Positions 33,120 to 42,551 of a stretch of 64,000 bases of DNA are shown here, piece after piece. The number at the start of each line of letters is the position of its first letter. The first letter of the stretch is position 1. Position numbers and translations under genes: made by a program. Source of the stretch: Verrucomicrobiaceae bacterium (GTDB lineage: Bacteria > Verrucomicrobiota > Verrucomicrobiia > Verrucomicrobiales > Akkermansiaceae); contig JBPOGH010000011.1 of the NCBI GenBank assembly GCA_051252135.1, positions 32,001 through 96,000 of the forward strand, given 5' to 3'. The notes under the pieces are model-generated. The model was not told the DNA's origin and searched no databases. It was given only the letters and a program-made list of their open reading frames with translations.

Positions 33120-33288
33120 GGAAAGTTTATCGAAGGTGTTTGCAATGCATTTACATGCCACGCAAGAAGGTGGCAAGGAGATTTTCCCAAGGACCACCTC
33201 AACTCAGCTTGGAAACAAGCGAAGACGGCGGGATTCTTGGGACTTCTAAAAAGCTAGCGATCTCGTACTAGAACCGGCAAGCGCAAAA

Positions 33289-35202
33289 TCAACGCATCCC
33301 CTTCAGAAGAAGCTCCGTGTTGGTCTTTGTCTTGGATAAATTGGCCAAAAGTGTCTCAATTGACTCTCCAATCGGCAGTGCCGCAAGATGCCGTCGAATA
33401 TCCAAAACTCGCGGGAATTCCTCTGAATGGTAGAGTCTATCGTCGTTTCGGGTGCCGCTCTGGGGAATATGTATCGCAGGATATACCCTTTGTTCGGCAA
33501 GCTCACGATCGAGTCGCACCTCCATATTACCGGTTCCTTTAAGTTCCTCAAAAATAACATCATCCATCCTGCTTTCCGTCTCAATCAGGCAAGTTGCAAG
33601 AATAGTGAGACTTCCGCCACCCTCCACATTCCGGGCAGCTCCAAAAAACTTTCTTGTTTCGGTAATCGCCTTCGGACTGATCCCTCCGGACCCAATTGGG
33701 CCACCTCGGACCGCATTATTGTATCCGCGGGCCAGTCGAGTGAGACTATCAAGAAGAATCACCACATCCTTCCCCTGCTCTACCAGGCGCCTCGAGCGTT
33801 CAAGGACCAAACTTGCAACCTGTGCGTGACGCTTGGAAGCCTCATCGAACGTGGAAGCATAAACCCCCCCTCCAATCAAATCCTCAAAGTCCGTTACTTC
33901 TTCAGGCCGTTCATCCAGGAGGAGGATGATCAACTCGCATTCGGGGTGATTCTTCTGAAGAGAGCTGGCAATCTGCTTGAGCAAAATGGTCTTCCCCCCC
34001 CTCGGAGGAGCCACAATCAATCCCCTCTGCCCCTTTCCAAGAGGAGCAACCAGATCCACTACCCGAACTGCAAGCGCATTCTCATCTTCCCGTTCAAGCA
34101 CAAACCGCTCCTCAGGAAAAAGCGACGTCAAAAAGTCGAAAGGAGCCGGAGCCTTGTACTCGGATGCATCACAACCTTCAATCTTGAGCACCTCACCCAC
34201 CGAAAGGTATTTATCCCTTCCCTGAGGCGGGCAAACACTCACCCGGAGAAATTGACCCTCCCGCAAGTTAAGCTCACGGATAAGCCCCACCGGAACATAA
34301 AGGTCATCTGCCGATGACTTGAAGCTCCGCTTCGGGTCCCGGATCATCCCAAAATTGTCATTCGCCATCTCAAGGACTCCCTCGCCCTCAATACGGGTCC
34401 CGTTAGCTGCATAACAACTGAGAATGGTGAAAATCAGCTGCGCCTTAGTCGCATGGCTCGGAGTCCTCACCGGCAGACGCTCGATCTCATCGTGAAGTGC
34501 CAGTTGTGGCCGATTCCGAAAGTCTTCCAGGTCGACAAACTCCGGAACTTCGGGTGCGGGCTGGGCTTCTTGCCGGCTTCTCGCCTTTCTCCGCTCAGGT
34601 TCACGATCTCTTCGGCTTTCCCGGCCGGCCCCTTCGGAATCCGGAACAAGCGGTTCAGAGACCTCCTTCAATACTTCATCCGCTGCTCCTCCGCTCGCTT
34701 CCGATTTTCCAATATCCGTTTTGACCGAATCACGCCCCCTGGCCCGACCAAGCTCCTTTGGCTCCTTCGACTCCTTCGACTTCTTCGACTCCTTCGACTC
34801 CTTCGACTCCTTCGACTCTACAGGCTCTACAGGCTCTACAGGCTCTACAGGCTCTACAGGCTCTACAGGCTCTACAGGCTCTACAGGCTCAATCGATAGC
34901 TCCGCCCCATTCCCTTGCGGGCTTGCCTCCTCAGATGACGTCTTTGGACGCTCGTCGAGCCCGGGAAGTTCGGGCCCGGTCTCAATTTGAGAAGCCTGCT
35001 TCTTGCTTCCTTTCTTAACTGTCTTTTTAGCGGCTTTCTTTGCAACCTTCTTGGTCGCCTTCTTTGCTGCCTTTTTGACTGATTTCTTCGCAGCTTTCTT
35101 GGCCACTTTCTTCTTGGTGACACCTGCCTTTTCGGCCGGTTGGATGTCCTTTTCCTCGGTCACATCGGCTTTCACCTCTTCAGGTGCTGAATCTTCATTC
35201 AT
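33289..35202 (-). CDS. rho: Transcription termination factor Rho, divergent, with long low-complexity N-terminus
   Basis: GKGQRGLIVAPPRGGKT, DERPEEVTD, LDSLTRLAR, FFGAARNVE, FEELKGTGNME and SGTR. Confidence 0.93.
   Translation of the reverse strand: MNEDSAPEEVKADVTEEKDIQPAEKAGVTKKKVAKKAAKKSVKKAAKKATKKVAKKAAKKTVKKGSKKQASQIETGPELPGLDERPKTSSEEASPQGNGAELSIEPVEPVEPVEPVEPVEPVEPVEPVESKESKESKESKKSKESKEPKELGRARGRDSVKTDIGKSEASGGAADEVLKEVSEPLVPDSEGAGRESRRDREPERRKARSRQEAQPAPEVPEFVDLEDFRNRPQLALHDEIERLPVRTPSHATKAQLIFTILSCYAANGTRIEGEGVLEMANDNFGMIRDPKRSFKSSADDLYVPVGLIRELNLREGQFLRVSVCPPQGRDKYLSVGEVLKIEGCDASEYKAPAPFDFLTSLFPEERFVLEREDENALAVRVVDLVAPLGKGQRGLIVAPPRGGKTILLKQIASSLQKNHPECELIILLLDERPEEVTDFEDLIGGGVYASTFDEASKRHAQVASLVLERSRRLVEQGKDVVILLDSLTRLARGYNNAVRGGPIGSGGISPKAITETRKFFGAARNVEGGGSLTILATCLIETESRMDDVIFEELKGTGNMEVRLDRELAEQRVYPAIHIPQSGTRNDDRLYHSEEFPRVLDIRRHLAALPIGESIETLLANLSKTKTNTELLLKGMR
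34762..34890. repeat. Two abutting in-frame 9-bp tandem repeats inside rho
   Basis: (CTCCTTCGA)x6 with one variant at 34762-34815 encodes (SKE)n. (CTCTACAGG)x8 perfect at 34816-34887 encodes (PVE)n. Confidence 0.97.
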
Positions 35203-35205
35203 GAC

Positions 35206-35817
35206 TTAACTCAAATCGTTGGTAAATTGTTCAACTTGGGCATGAAGGCAACTCAAAGGTCCCTCATTCCAGAATACGACGTCCGCACGGTCTACCTTCT
35301 CCCTGATCGGAAGCTGGGCAGCCAGAATGGATGAAATCATGGCGTCATCAAATTGACTCCGTGCCTTCAAACGTGTCCGTTGTGTCTCCTCCGAAGTGGC
35401 GACAACAAGGTTAAATTCCTGACCGAAATCAAATCCGCCTTCAAATAGAAGCGGAACATCCGCGACAAACATCGTCCTGCCCTGTTGTTTATGCCATTTC
35501 GCGACTTTCTCAAGACATTCCTTTCGAACTTCCGGATGTAGAATCCCCTCCAGGATTTCCCTCTTTGCCGGATCTCGAAAAATAATATTTCTCAGCACCT
35601 CCCGATCCAGAGCCCCTTCATCATTCAATACTCCCCCACCAAGACCTACTTCAATCTTGGATAAGATCCGAGCTGACTCCAACAAGATTGAAACACAGCC
35701 ATCGGAGTCAAAGATCTCCAGACCCGGCTGCAATTCCCGGAAGAATCTCAGGGCCGTAGACTTGCCAGTGGCAATCCCTCCGGTCAATCCGAAGCATATT
35801 GGAATTTCATGTGTCAT
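35206..35817 (-). CDS. coaE: Dephospho-CoA kinase
   Basis: GLTGGIATGKST, LEGILHP, DVPLLFE and AAQLP. ATG 35817. Confidence 0.96.
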   Translation of the reverse strand: MTHEIPICFGLTGGIATGKSTALRFFRELQPGLEIFDSDGCVSILLESARILSKIEVGLGGGVLNDEGALDREVLRNIIFRDPAKREILEGILHPEVRKECLEKVAKWHKQQGRTMFVADVPLLFEGGFDFGQEFNLVVATSEETQRTRLKARSQFDDAMISSILAAQLPIREKVDRADVVFWNEGPLSCLHAQVEQFTNDLS

Positions 35818-35875
35818 GAACTTAGCACAAAAGGGCACACCGCGATCATCCCGATATTCCCCTCTCCGGGGAAAC

Positions 35876-35908
35876 AAAAAAGCGAGGATCGTTACCGATC
35901 CCCGCTTT
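35876..35908 (-). terminator. Intrinsic terminator after the secretin gene
   Basis: GCGGGGATCG-GTAA-CGATCCTCGC followed by T6 on the minus strand. Confidence 0.8.
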
Positions 35909-35931
35909 GAAATATTAAACTGCGCTACAAC

Positions 35932-38475
35932 CTAGTTGCTTGGAAGCATCGTATTAGTGCCACTCGTGGGAGCGCTGGTAGCACTCTGGAGACGGCGACC
36001 GGTCGCATCAATGATCTCAGCAGTCACGAAGATGATGAGGTTACTCTTGATGTGATTCTCGGAATTCGATTGGAAGAGACGACCGATCAAAGGCAGGTCA
36101 CCAAGAATGGGGACTTTGTCTTCAACCATTTGCACATCTTCACGCATCAGACCACCAACAGCGACGGTGTATCCGTCATAGATGGTGATTCCCGTGTTCA
36201 CCTTGCGAGTCGAGAAGATCGGCATCTCGATGCGGTTCTCGGTGATCACAATCTGAACAGGGTTTCCAAGCGAGTCGGAAGCTGGCGAGGTGATCGGGCT
36301 TCCGTAGTTAACGAATCCCTCAAACTCGACAATCTCAGGGGCGAAGCGGAGGTCGATGACACTGTCATTGGCTCCCACATTCGGCTCGATCTCAAGGATC
36401 ACACCGGTTTTACGGGTGTCGAAGGTTGTCGGTGTTGCAGGGGTGACGGGGAAGATTCCGCCGCCGCCGCCGCCACCCACTCCACCGGTAGTACCGGTAG
36501 CACCAACCTGGTTAGGAAGTTCGGGTGGTTCGTATTCGGTTGGGTAAATAAACTCCCGAATAATCTCAATCGTCGCCTTATCACCGGGACGTGCCATGAC
36601 GCTTGGAGCAGTCATGATGTCGGTGCCCTTCTTCTGGGAGAGACCACGCATGATCATCTGGACCTGGCCTTCATCGAAGAGTCCGGTCAGAGAAAGAATA
36701 CCGGGAGCAACGTTGGTGGTCTGGGCAGTCCGGGAAGGATTGTTCAGAATCGCATCAATGCTGTTGCGGTTGATCGCAAAATCACCGGTGCGAAGACCTG
36801 CAGTTGAGATGCCCGTAACTTGGTCACCAGTCGCGGCGGGAATGCCGGGAATGGTGGTGAAGGCGACTGGACTGATGAAATCGGAGCCGGTGCGGGCGGA
36901 GCCGGCACCAACAGTGCCACCACCAGCGAAGACCTGATTGGTTCCAAATGGAGTAATGACCCAGTCAAACCCGAGTTCCTCACCGTTCTCCTGGGAGACT
37001 TCAACAAACTTGGTGAGAATCTTGATCTGGCGGGGCGTATCGCTGAAGGAAGCCTTCACAATCGCATCCACCAACTCAAGCTGGGTTGGTGAGTTACGAA
37101 CGATCAGTGTTCCGGAACCGGAAAGAAGGTTGGCAGACGAACCGTCGGCAAACTTCACACCTTGGTCCTCAAGAAGCTCTTTTACCGGGCGACGTGCCTT
37201 GATCACACTTCCACCACCTGAATCAGGATCGGCGAAAGGATCATCACTGGCACCACCACTGCCACCACCATCTCCACCGGAGATGAAGTTTTCAAAAGTA
37301 GGAGGAACAGTCCAACGACGGGTCACAATGTCTTCACCCTCACCGGAACCGAGAGGAAGAAGGGTCACTGCGTATTCGTCGACCTTGTAACGAAGCTTGG
37401 CCTTGTCACAGATATACTGGAGGGCAACTCCAAGAGGAACATTGGTCAAGCTCAGTTGGTCGATTCGGGCGCCACTCGGGCTCCCACCACCAAAGCCACC
37501 GGCTTCGGCATCAACTCCAGCGTCACCTTCTCCGGAGACCGTGGACTTGCGCACAACAAAGTTAATCCCCTTCTGACTGTCGTCGAGGGTCGTGGTATCA
37601 AGCTCCTTGGAACGGAGGCGAAGGAAGTCAATGGCTTCTTCAACCGTGGTGTCCTGGAAGTCGATCCGTGGGATGACAATCTGCTGCAGCTTGGCTGCAA
37701 TGGAGGTGGCTCCGGGACCATCTTCCTGACCAGGTGTCAAAATGGGTGCATCGACTCCGACAGGAGGAAGAGCAAGTTCCCAGGCTTTGTCGACCTGCAT
37801 CAACATGCGCGCACGATTCTCATCGTAGGCGGCACGGTAGTAGTCAGACTTGATGGAAGCACAACGCTCCAGCCAGCGGCGGGCTGCCTTGTTATAGGGA
37901 TCCGTCCGAAGGACATTGTGGAAGTGCTCTTCCGCTTCGTCGTATTTACCCAGATCATAGGCACCTTCGCCTTTATAGAGATTACGGCGAACTTCGTCGA
38001 TGTTCTTGGTGTGCTCGTAATCCAATGAAGGATTGGTGCGGATGGGATCATCAAGATACTCGAGCTGCTGCTGGGCTGCTGCATTGCCGGGATCGGCATC
38101 AACAACTTCAGTCAAAAGATTACGGGCTTCATCGTACTTTCCGGTCCGACGTTGCTGCTGTGAAAGCGCAACACTTCCGTCCTGGAGATGCTGATTGAGA
38201 ATCGCGCGGCGATCTGCAGTCGCACTTCCGTAGGGAAGAGTATCAAGCGCCTGACGATATTTCTGAACGGCCGTGTCGTAGTCCCCTTCTGCGTAGGCCT
38301 TACGTCCTCCGGTGAGAAGTTGGTCAGCACTATTCACCGCCTCCTGACGGCGAATAAGTTCCTGAGCCGCGAGACTACCTTCTCCATAAGCTCTCCCACT
38401 CGTGAGGGGAGAAACAGCAAGAGCCGCGAGGGCCAGCACTGTGCGATTGGTGAGGTGTGTGTGTCTTTTCTGCAT
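35932..38475 (-). CDS. Outer-membrane secretin with N-terminal TPRs (Amuc_1098/PilQ-like)
   Basis: TPR-like helices, N-domains (TLIVRNSPTQLELVD) and secretin C-terminal signatures TVAVGGLM and KVPILGDLPLIGRLF. Confidence 0.93.
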   Translation of the reverse strand: MQKRHTHLTNRTVLALAALAVSPLTSGRAYGEGSLAAQELIRRQEAVNSADQLLTGGRKAYAEGDYDTAVQKYRQALDTLPYGSATADRRAILNQHLQDGSVALSQQQRRTGKYDEARNLLTEVVDADPGNAAAQQQLEYLDDPIRTNPSLDYEHTKNIDEVRRNLYKGEGAYDLGKYDEAEEHFHNVLRTDPYNKAARRWLERCASIKSDYYRAAYDENRARMLMQVDKAWELALPPVGVDAPILTPGQEDGPGATSIAAKLQQIVIPRIDFQDTTVEEAIDFLRLRSKELDTTTLDDSQKGINFVVRKSTVSGEGDAGVDAEAGGFGGGSPSGARIDQLSLTNVPLGVALQYICDKAKLRYKVDEYAVTLLPLGSGEGEDIVTRRWTVPPTFENFISGGDGGGSGGASDDPFADPDSGGGSVIKARRPVKELLEDQGVKFADGSSANLLSGSGTLIVRNSPTQLELVDAIVKASFSDTPRQIKILTKFVEVSQENGEELGFDWVITPFGTNQVFAGGGTVGAGSARTGSDFISPVAFTTIPGIPAATGDQVTGISTAGLRTGDFAINRNSIDAILNNPSRTAQTTNVAPGILSLTGLFDEGQVQMIMRGLSQKKGTDIMTAPSVMARPGDKATIEIIREFIYPTEYEPPELPNQVGATGTTGGVGGGGGGGIFPVTPATPTTFDTRKTGVILEIEPNVGANDSVIDLRFAPEIVEFEGFVNYGSPITSPASDSLGNPVQIVITENRIEMPIFSTRKVNTGITIYDGYTVAVGGLMREDVQMVEDKVPILGDLPLIGRLFQSNSENHIKSNLIIFVTAEIIDATGRRLQSATSAPTSGTNTMLPSN

Positions 38476-38576
38476 GATCTGGTTGAATAATCGTTAAATT
38501 ATGGGGGGTGAGGGAAGCTTTTTTTCGCATCCCCCCACCTTTTTCGTTACTTTTGTTTAAATTCGGGCGTTTTGAG

Positions 38577-39629
38577 TTACTTCACGGGAATTTCGCGGGT
38601 CTTCTTTTCCCCGTTATCGTCGTATTCCACAATCACTGCCACGGGGTCTGTGTTGGGACGCTCTCCCATATCAACTGAAGCCAGTCGATATTCATAGGTC
38701 TTGCCATCCACGGTGACCTTGAATGACTCATTCTCCTTAACGGTGTGCGTCTTCCCTTGTTGACCGGCCGCATTAAGCTCGAAGGTGACTACGTTATCGA
38801 ACTGGAAATACATCGGTTCACGACCACGGGGCGTGCGGTAAGGAGCCTTGTATCGGGTCCCCTTTTTGTTGGGTGCAAGATCTTCAATCACTGCATAAAC
38901 CAACTCACGCTGCCTTCCGTTGACCTCAATCATCTCTGCCGCTTTTTCGATTACCTTGAATCGACCATTGGCGGGCTCCTCATTGAAAAAGACGTCGCCA
39001 ATTTTCACGTTGTCAAGGGCGCGCATCCGGATCTCCTTTTTGTTGCTGTCTCGGTAGCGGAACTGGAAATCGTCGTTGCCCAAAATCGAATTGAGTTCAA
39101 CAAGCCAATAGGTGCTATCGATCTTCTTCACCTCCAGCTTGTTCACCAATGCAGGGTAGGACTTGTCATCTGCCGGATTGGTCCCCTCTTCAAATTCCTC
39201 AATGTTGGCGAATCCATCACGGTCCGCGTCCTGTTGGGGAGAATCACTGAAACTGGGATCAATCCGGTGCTTCACCCACCATTCGTTTGGAATGGGTGGA
39301 TGAACCGGAGGTTCTTCCAAAATATCGACCACTTGCTCGACCTTTCCATCCTTCACAAAGAGATCGACACTGGCAAAAAGATCCACCACACGACCGCTTC
39401 CGGTAACGGGATCTTTCAAAGGATCCACGGTTGAAAGCTTTCTGGAGACATCGTCAATGAGTTCCCCTCCGGGAACACTCACCCCATCTCCCTTTTTTCC
39501 ACCGGCATCTGTTTCAAACTGAGCTTGCAGCTCCGATGCGTTGCTCCATGAAAGGTAGCCAATGGCACCAAGAGCGAGAACACCACCCCCGAGGGCGGCC
39601 TTATGATAATTTTCTGACAACCAGGACAT
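38577..39629 (-). CDS. Amuc_1099-family pilus-like system protein
   Basis: MSWLSENYHKAAL N-terminal anchor, VHPPIPNEWW and DADRDGFANIEEF. Position in the cluster supports the call. Confidence 0.8.
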   Translation of the reverse strand: MSWLSENYHKAALGGGVLALGAIGYLSWSNASELQAQFETDAGGKKGDGVSVPGGELIDDVSRKLSTVDPLKDPVTGSGRVVDLFASVDLFVKDGKVEQVVDILEEPPVHPPIPNEWWVKHRIDPSFSDSPQQDADRDGFANIEEFEEGTNPADDKSYPALVNKLEVKKIDSTYWLVELNSILGNDDFQFRYRDSNKKEIRMRALDNVKIGDVFFNEEPANGRFKVIEKAAEMIEVNGRQRELVYAVIEDLAPNKKGTRYKAPYRTPRGREPMYFQFDNVVTFELNAAGQQGKTHTVKENESFKVTVDGKTYEYRLASVDMGERPNTDPVAVIVEYDDNGEKKTREIPVK

Positions 39630-39640
39630 TTTAATAGGTT

Positions 39641-40672
39641 TTATTTGATGGTTGGGAATTTGAGAGTCTCGTCGAAGAGAAGGAGGTCAAGGCGGATAAA
39701 CACCGAAACATCTTCACCACCGGCAACCCGCTGAAGAATTTCTGTCGAGGAAGGCGCCTCAAGTTCTTCAACTGATGCGGGCTCCTCTTCTTCCACGACG
39801 TCGCCAAAGCCATCGCTGGACTTTGGAACTTCCGCGACCGGATCAGCAGCGGCCGATTTGATCCCCTTGGATGAAGGCACTGCCGAGTAGTTCTTAACTC
39901 GGGCGATCCGGGCATCGAAAAAGAACTGATCGGAGTTGGCGATCGCCTGAATGGCCTTACGCACGGCGAGCTCCGAACCCTCGAAGGTAAGCTCGATTGG
40001 CAAACGCTTGGCTACTGGAATCGTTGGAATCACAATAGCTGCAGGAGCTTTTTTGGCTTTCCCCTTGGCTGGCTTGGTATTCTTTTTTCCCCTGGGAGCA
40101 GGCTTTTTCGAGTCATCCCAAGAAGCGCCATCCTCAATGGGAAGACGCTCACGACGGAAGTTCACCACTTCGGAAACCCCGGCGTTGGCAAGCTCACGAA
40201 AGAGCCAGTCAATAGCCGCAAGTTCGTAAGCTAACACTCCGGTGGAGTCCTCGCGTGGGAGAGCTCCCTTATAGTCTTCAAATCCCAGATATGCTTGCTC
40301 CGGGAGCTTTGCCCGCTTTTCCTCGAAAAGACTCCGCACTTCGGCATCCGACTTTTTCAAACGATCTGAAAAAGTGTTTGCCGCGATCTTGTCGAGACTC
40401 TCCGGTCGGAAGGAGAGAAACTTGGCCTGCATCTCTTCCGCCTTCGAAACAACCTCTTTGAGATTATTCTTCTTTGAGGAAACATTCTCGATCGTTGGAT
40501 ATGGATCGAGTGACTTCTTCTGCTTGATGGACGTTTTGCGCTCCTCAACCTTCGTGACGGCTTCATCCCGCTTTCCGGCGGTGCTAACACCGAGGAAAAT
40601 GATGAGACCGGCGAGGATTGCCGTTACGACGATGAGTCCGCCGAGAAACTTATTTTCTTTGAACCAGTTCAT
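39641..40672 (-). CDS. Amuc_1100-family (PilO-like) pilus system protein
   Basis: MNWFKENKF plus TM helix, coiled coil, YLGFEDY and LPIELTFEG. Lies between the PilM-like gene and the Amuc_1099-like gene. Confidence 0.8.
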   Translation of the reverse strand: MNWFKENKFLGGLIVVTAILAGLIIFLGVSTAGKRDEAVTKVEERKTSIKQKKSLDPYPTIENVSSKKNNLKEVVSKAEEMQAKFLSFRPESLDKIAANTFSDRLKKSDAEVRSLFEEKRAKLPEQAYLGFEDYKGALPREDSTGVLAYELAAIDWLFRELANAGVSEVVNFRRERLPIEDGASWDDSKKPAPRGKKNTKPAKGKAKKAPAAIVIPTIPVAKRLPIELTFEGSELAVRKAIQAIANSDQFFFDARIARVKNYSAVPSSKGIKSAAADPVAEVPKSSDGFGDVVEEEEPASVEELEAPSSTEILQRVAGGEDVSVFIRLDLLLFDETLKFPTIK

Positions 40673-40690
40673 GGTTTTTTGTGAGTAATT

Positions 40691-42442
40691 TTACTTAAGT
40701 GAAATGGGTTGCTTGAGCGGGATGACCAACTCAAATGGGGCGGCGTAATTGCCATCTTCGGGAGCAGCTTCGAGAATTTTGACAATCTGGGCATCCTTGA
40801 GCTCCTCGCCATTCCAATTGAATGACAAATGCTCTGAATTCCTCAACTTGGCAATCAGAGCGAAAACATCCTGCTCGCTCTTACGCCAAAAGCCCCGAAG
40901 TACGACACTGTCAGCGGTCTCGTGCTCCTTCGGGAGGTAGACACCTTTACCATATCCGGCTGTTCCAAAGCCATCGGCAATCAACGCATCATTCCCGTCT
41001 CCACTTACTGGATTGTAATTGGACCGGGGTTCCAGATCAGTCAACCAAACCTGGTCACTCGCCATGTGCGATGATATGTCATTGAACAGCTCGACAACCG
41101 ACAAGCGCCCCTTTTCAACAGCAGCATAGGAATTCACCAGAAGAAGACTATCGGCTTCCATTTTGTTGAGGCGCTGCACATCTCCGGCAGGCCCTTGCAG
41201 CTCCTGAAGCTCTTGCTCGGAATTCTTGAGGAAAGCCTCAGCCTTGGATGTGGTCAGGATATTAAAGACCGGCCATGCTGCCAATCCGCCCAAAAACAGC
41301 GCAGCGGCGGTCAGCAGAAGCGGTTTACGACGGGTAATGTCACGTTCGGCCTGAACCACTTCAGGCACCAGATCGATGTTGATATGAGCCTTCCCTGATG
41401 CACGAAGTCCAAGTCCAACCAGTTCGCCAAGCATGTGTGCCTCACGACCAAGTGCCTCAACATCAACCCCTTTTCCAACGGAAACCCGCTGAAGGGGATT
41501 GAAAATTTCAACCGGAAGATTCACCTTCTCTTCGATGAATTCCTTCAAATAGGGCAGGTTCCCACAACCTCCTGCCAAAAGAATACGGACAGGAGCACTA
41601 CCACCATGCTGGCTGCGGAAGAGCTGTGTTGTGCGCTGAATCTCGGCAGTTAGTCGGGTCAAGGCATTACGAACCACGGTTCCCAAAGCAGCTGAAGCCT
41701 CGTCCAATTGGGAAGCATGTCCCCCACCAAGAGTGACCAGGCCACTCGTGAGCTTGGTGTTCTCAGCTTCGGCAAACGAAACATGATACTCTTTGGCGAT
41801 GGCACTCGTAATCGAAGCCCCACCAACCGGAACACTCCGGGTGAAGAACTTCTCACCATCTGCGTAGATCAACTCGGTTGTCTTCGCACCCACATCAAGA
41901 AGTAAGGTGCAGCCTTCCTGATCAACGTAGTTGTAGCGAAGAGCATTGTAGAGAGCCGTAGGAGCAGCATCCACCAGCCGTGTTCCCAGACCGGTCTCGG
42001 CAACCACTTCATTCAAATCATTCAGTGAGTCGGCCTTGATCGCAACCAAGACGACTTCGGTCTCCAACCCTCCACCTTTGAGCGCCTCCCAGTCCCAAAC
42101 CACCTCGTCGATGGGGAATGGAACATTTTGCTGGGCCTCGAAGCGCACCAACTCCTCCACATTTTCCTCTTCAAGAGGCGGTAGCTTCACAAAGCGAACA
42201 AAGACAGACTGCCCTGAAAGAGCATATGCCGCTTTTTGCTTTCCGAGCTTGAGCGTCTTGGCGAGTTCTTTGATGGCGAGCTGGACCTGCGGAATACGAG
42301 CGGCTTCGGTAGCCGGGTCAGCAAGAATACTTGTCGCTCCGTAAGATTTCAAAACGAGTCCCTTGCCGGTTTGGGCGAAGGAACCCATCGAAATCCGCTG
42401 GGAGCCGATGTTGAGTGCGATGATCGACTGTGAGTCAGCCAT
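40691..42442 (-). CDS. pilM: Amuc_1101-family PilM-like actin-fold protein fused to a PilN-like TM/periplasmic part
   Basis: ALNIGSQ, RFVKLPP, FEAQQNVPFP, LDVGAKTT and LAGG, then the PilN-type INIDLVP motif and a TM helix. Confidence 0.88.
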   Translation of the reverse strand: MADSQSIIALNIGSQRISMGSFAQTGKGLVLKSYGATSILADPATEAARIPQVQLAIKELAKTLKLGKQKAAYALSGQSVFVRFVKLPPLEEENVEELVRFEAQQNVPFPIDEVVWDWEALKGGGLETEVVLVAIKADSLNDLNEVVAETGLGTRLVDAAPTALYNALRYNYVDQEGCTLLLDVGAKTTELIYADGEKFFTRSVPVGGASITSAIAKEYHVSFAEAENTKLTSGLVTLGGGHASQLDEASAALGTVVRNALTRLTAEIQRTTQLFRSQHGGSAPVRILLAGGCGNLPYLKEFIEEKVNLPVEIFNPLQRVSVGKGVDVEALGREAHMLGELVGLGLRASGKAHINIDLVPEVVQAERDITRRKPLLLTAAALFLGGLAAWPVFNILTTSKAEAFLKNSEQELQELQGPAGDVQRLNKMEADSLLLVNSYAAVEKGRLSVVELFNDISSHMASDQVWLTDLEPRSNYNPVSGDGNDALIADGFGTAGYGKGVYLPKEHETADSVVLRGFWRKSEQDVFALIAKLRNSEHLSFNWNGEELKDAQIVKILEAAPEDGNYAAPFELVIPLKQPISLK

Positions 42443-42551
42443 GGTAGTGTTTTTTCTGCGTGCTTTGTCAGATGAAGCTCAAGGATAGGGAGGCTCGAGC
42501 GAAAATAGTGGTCAGCTCCTCCGTGCTGCGCCCCGTGTGGAGCAAATTAAC

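Noticed and set aside
33141..33160. TGGCATGTAAATGCA as a sigma54 promoter
   Set aside because: GG-to-GC spacing is 9 nt, not the required 10. A sigma70-like TTGCCA-17-TAAATG fits the same region at least as well.
34762..34890. Tandem repeats as a CRISPR array or phase-variation switch
   Set aside because: The 9-bp units have no spacers, there are no cas genes, and the unit length preserves the reading frame.
42443..42551. Possible c-di-GMP riboswitch upstream of pilM
   Set aside because: Only short hairpins are present. The conserved GGCAAA/GNRA-receptor core is not recognisable.
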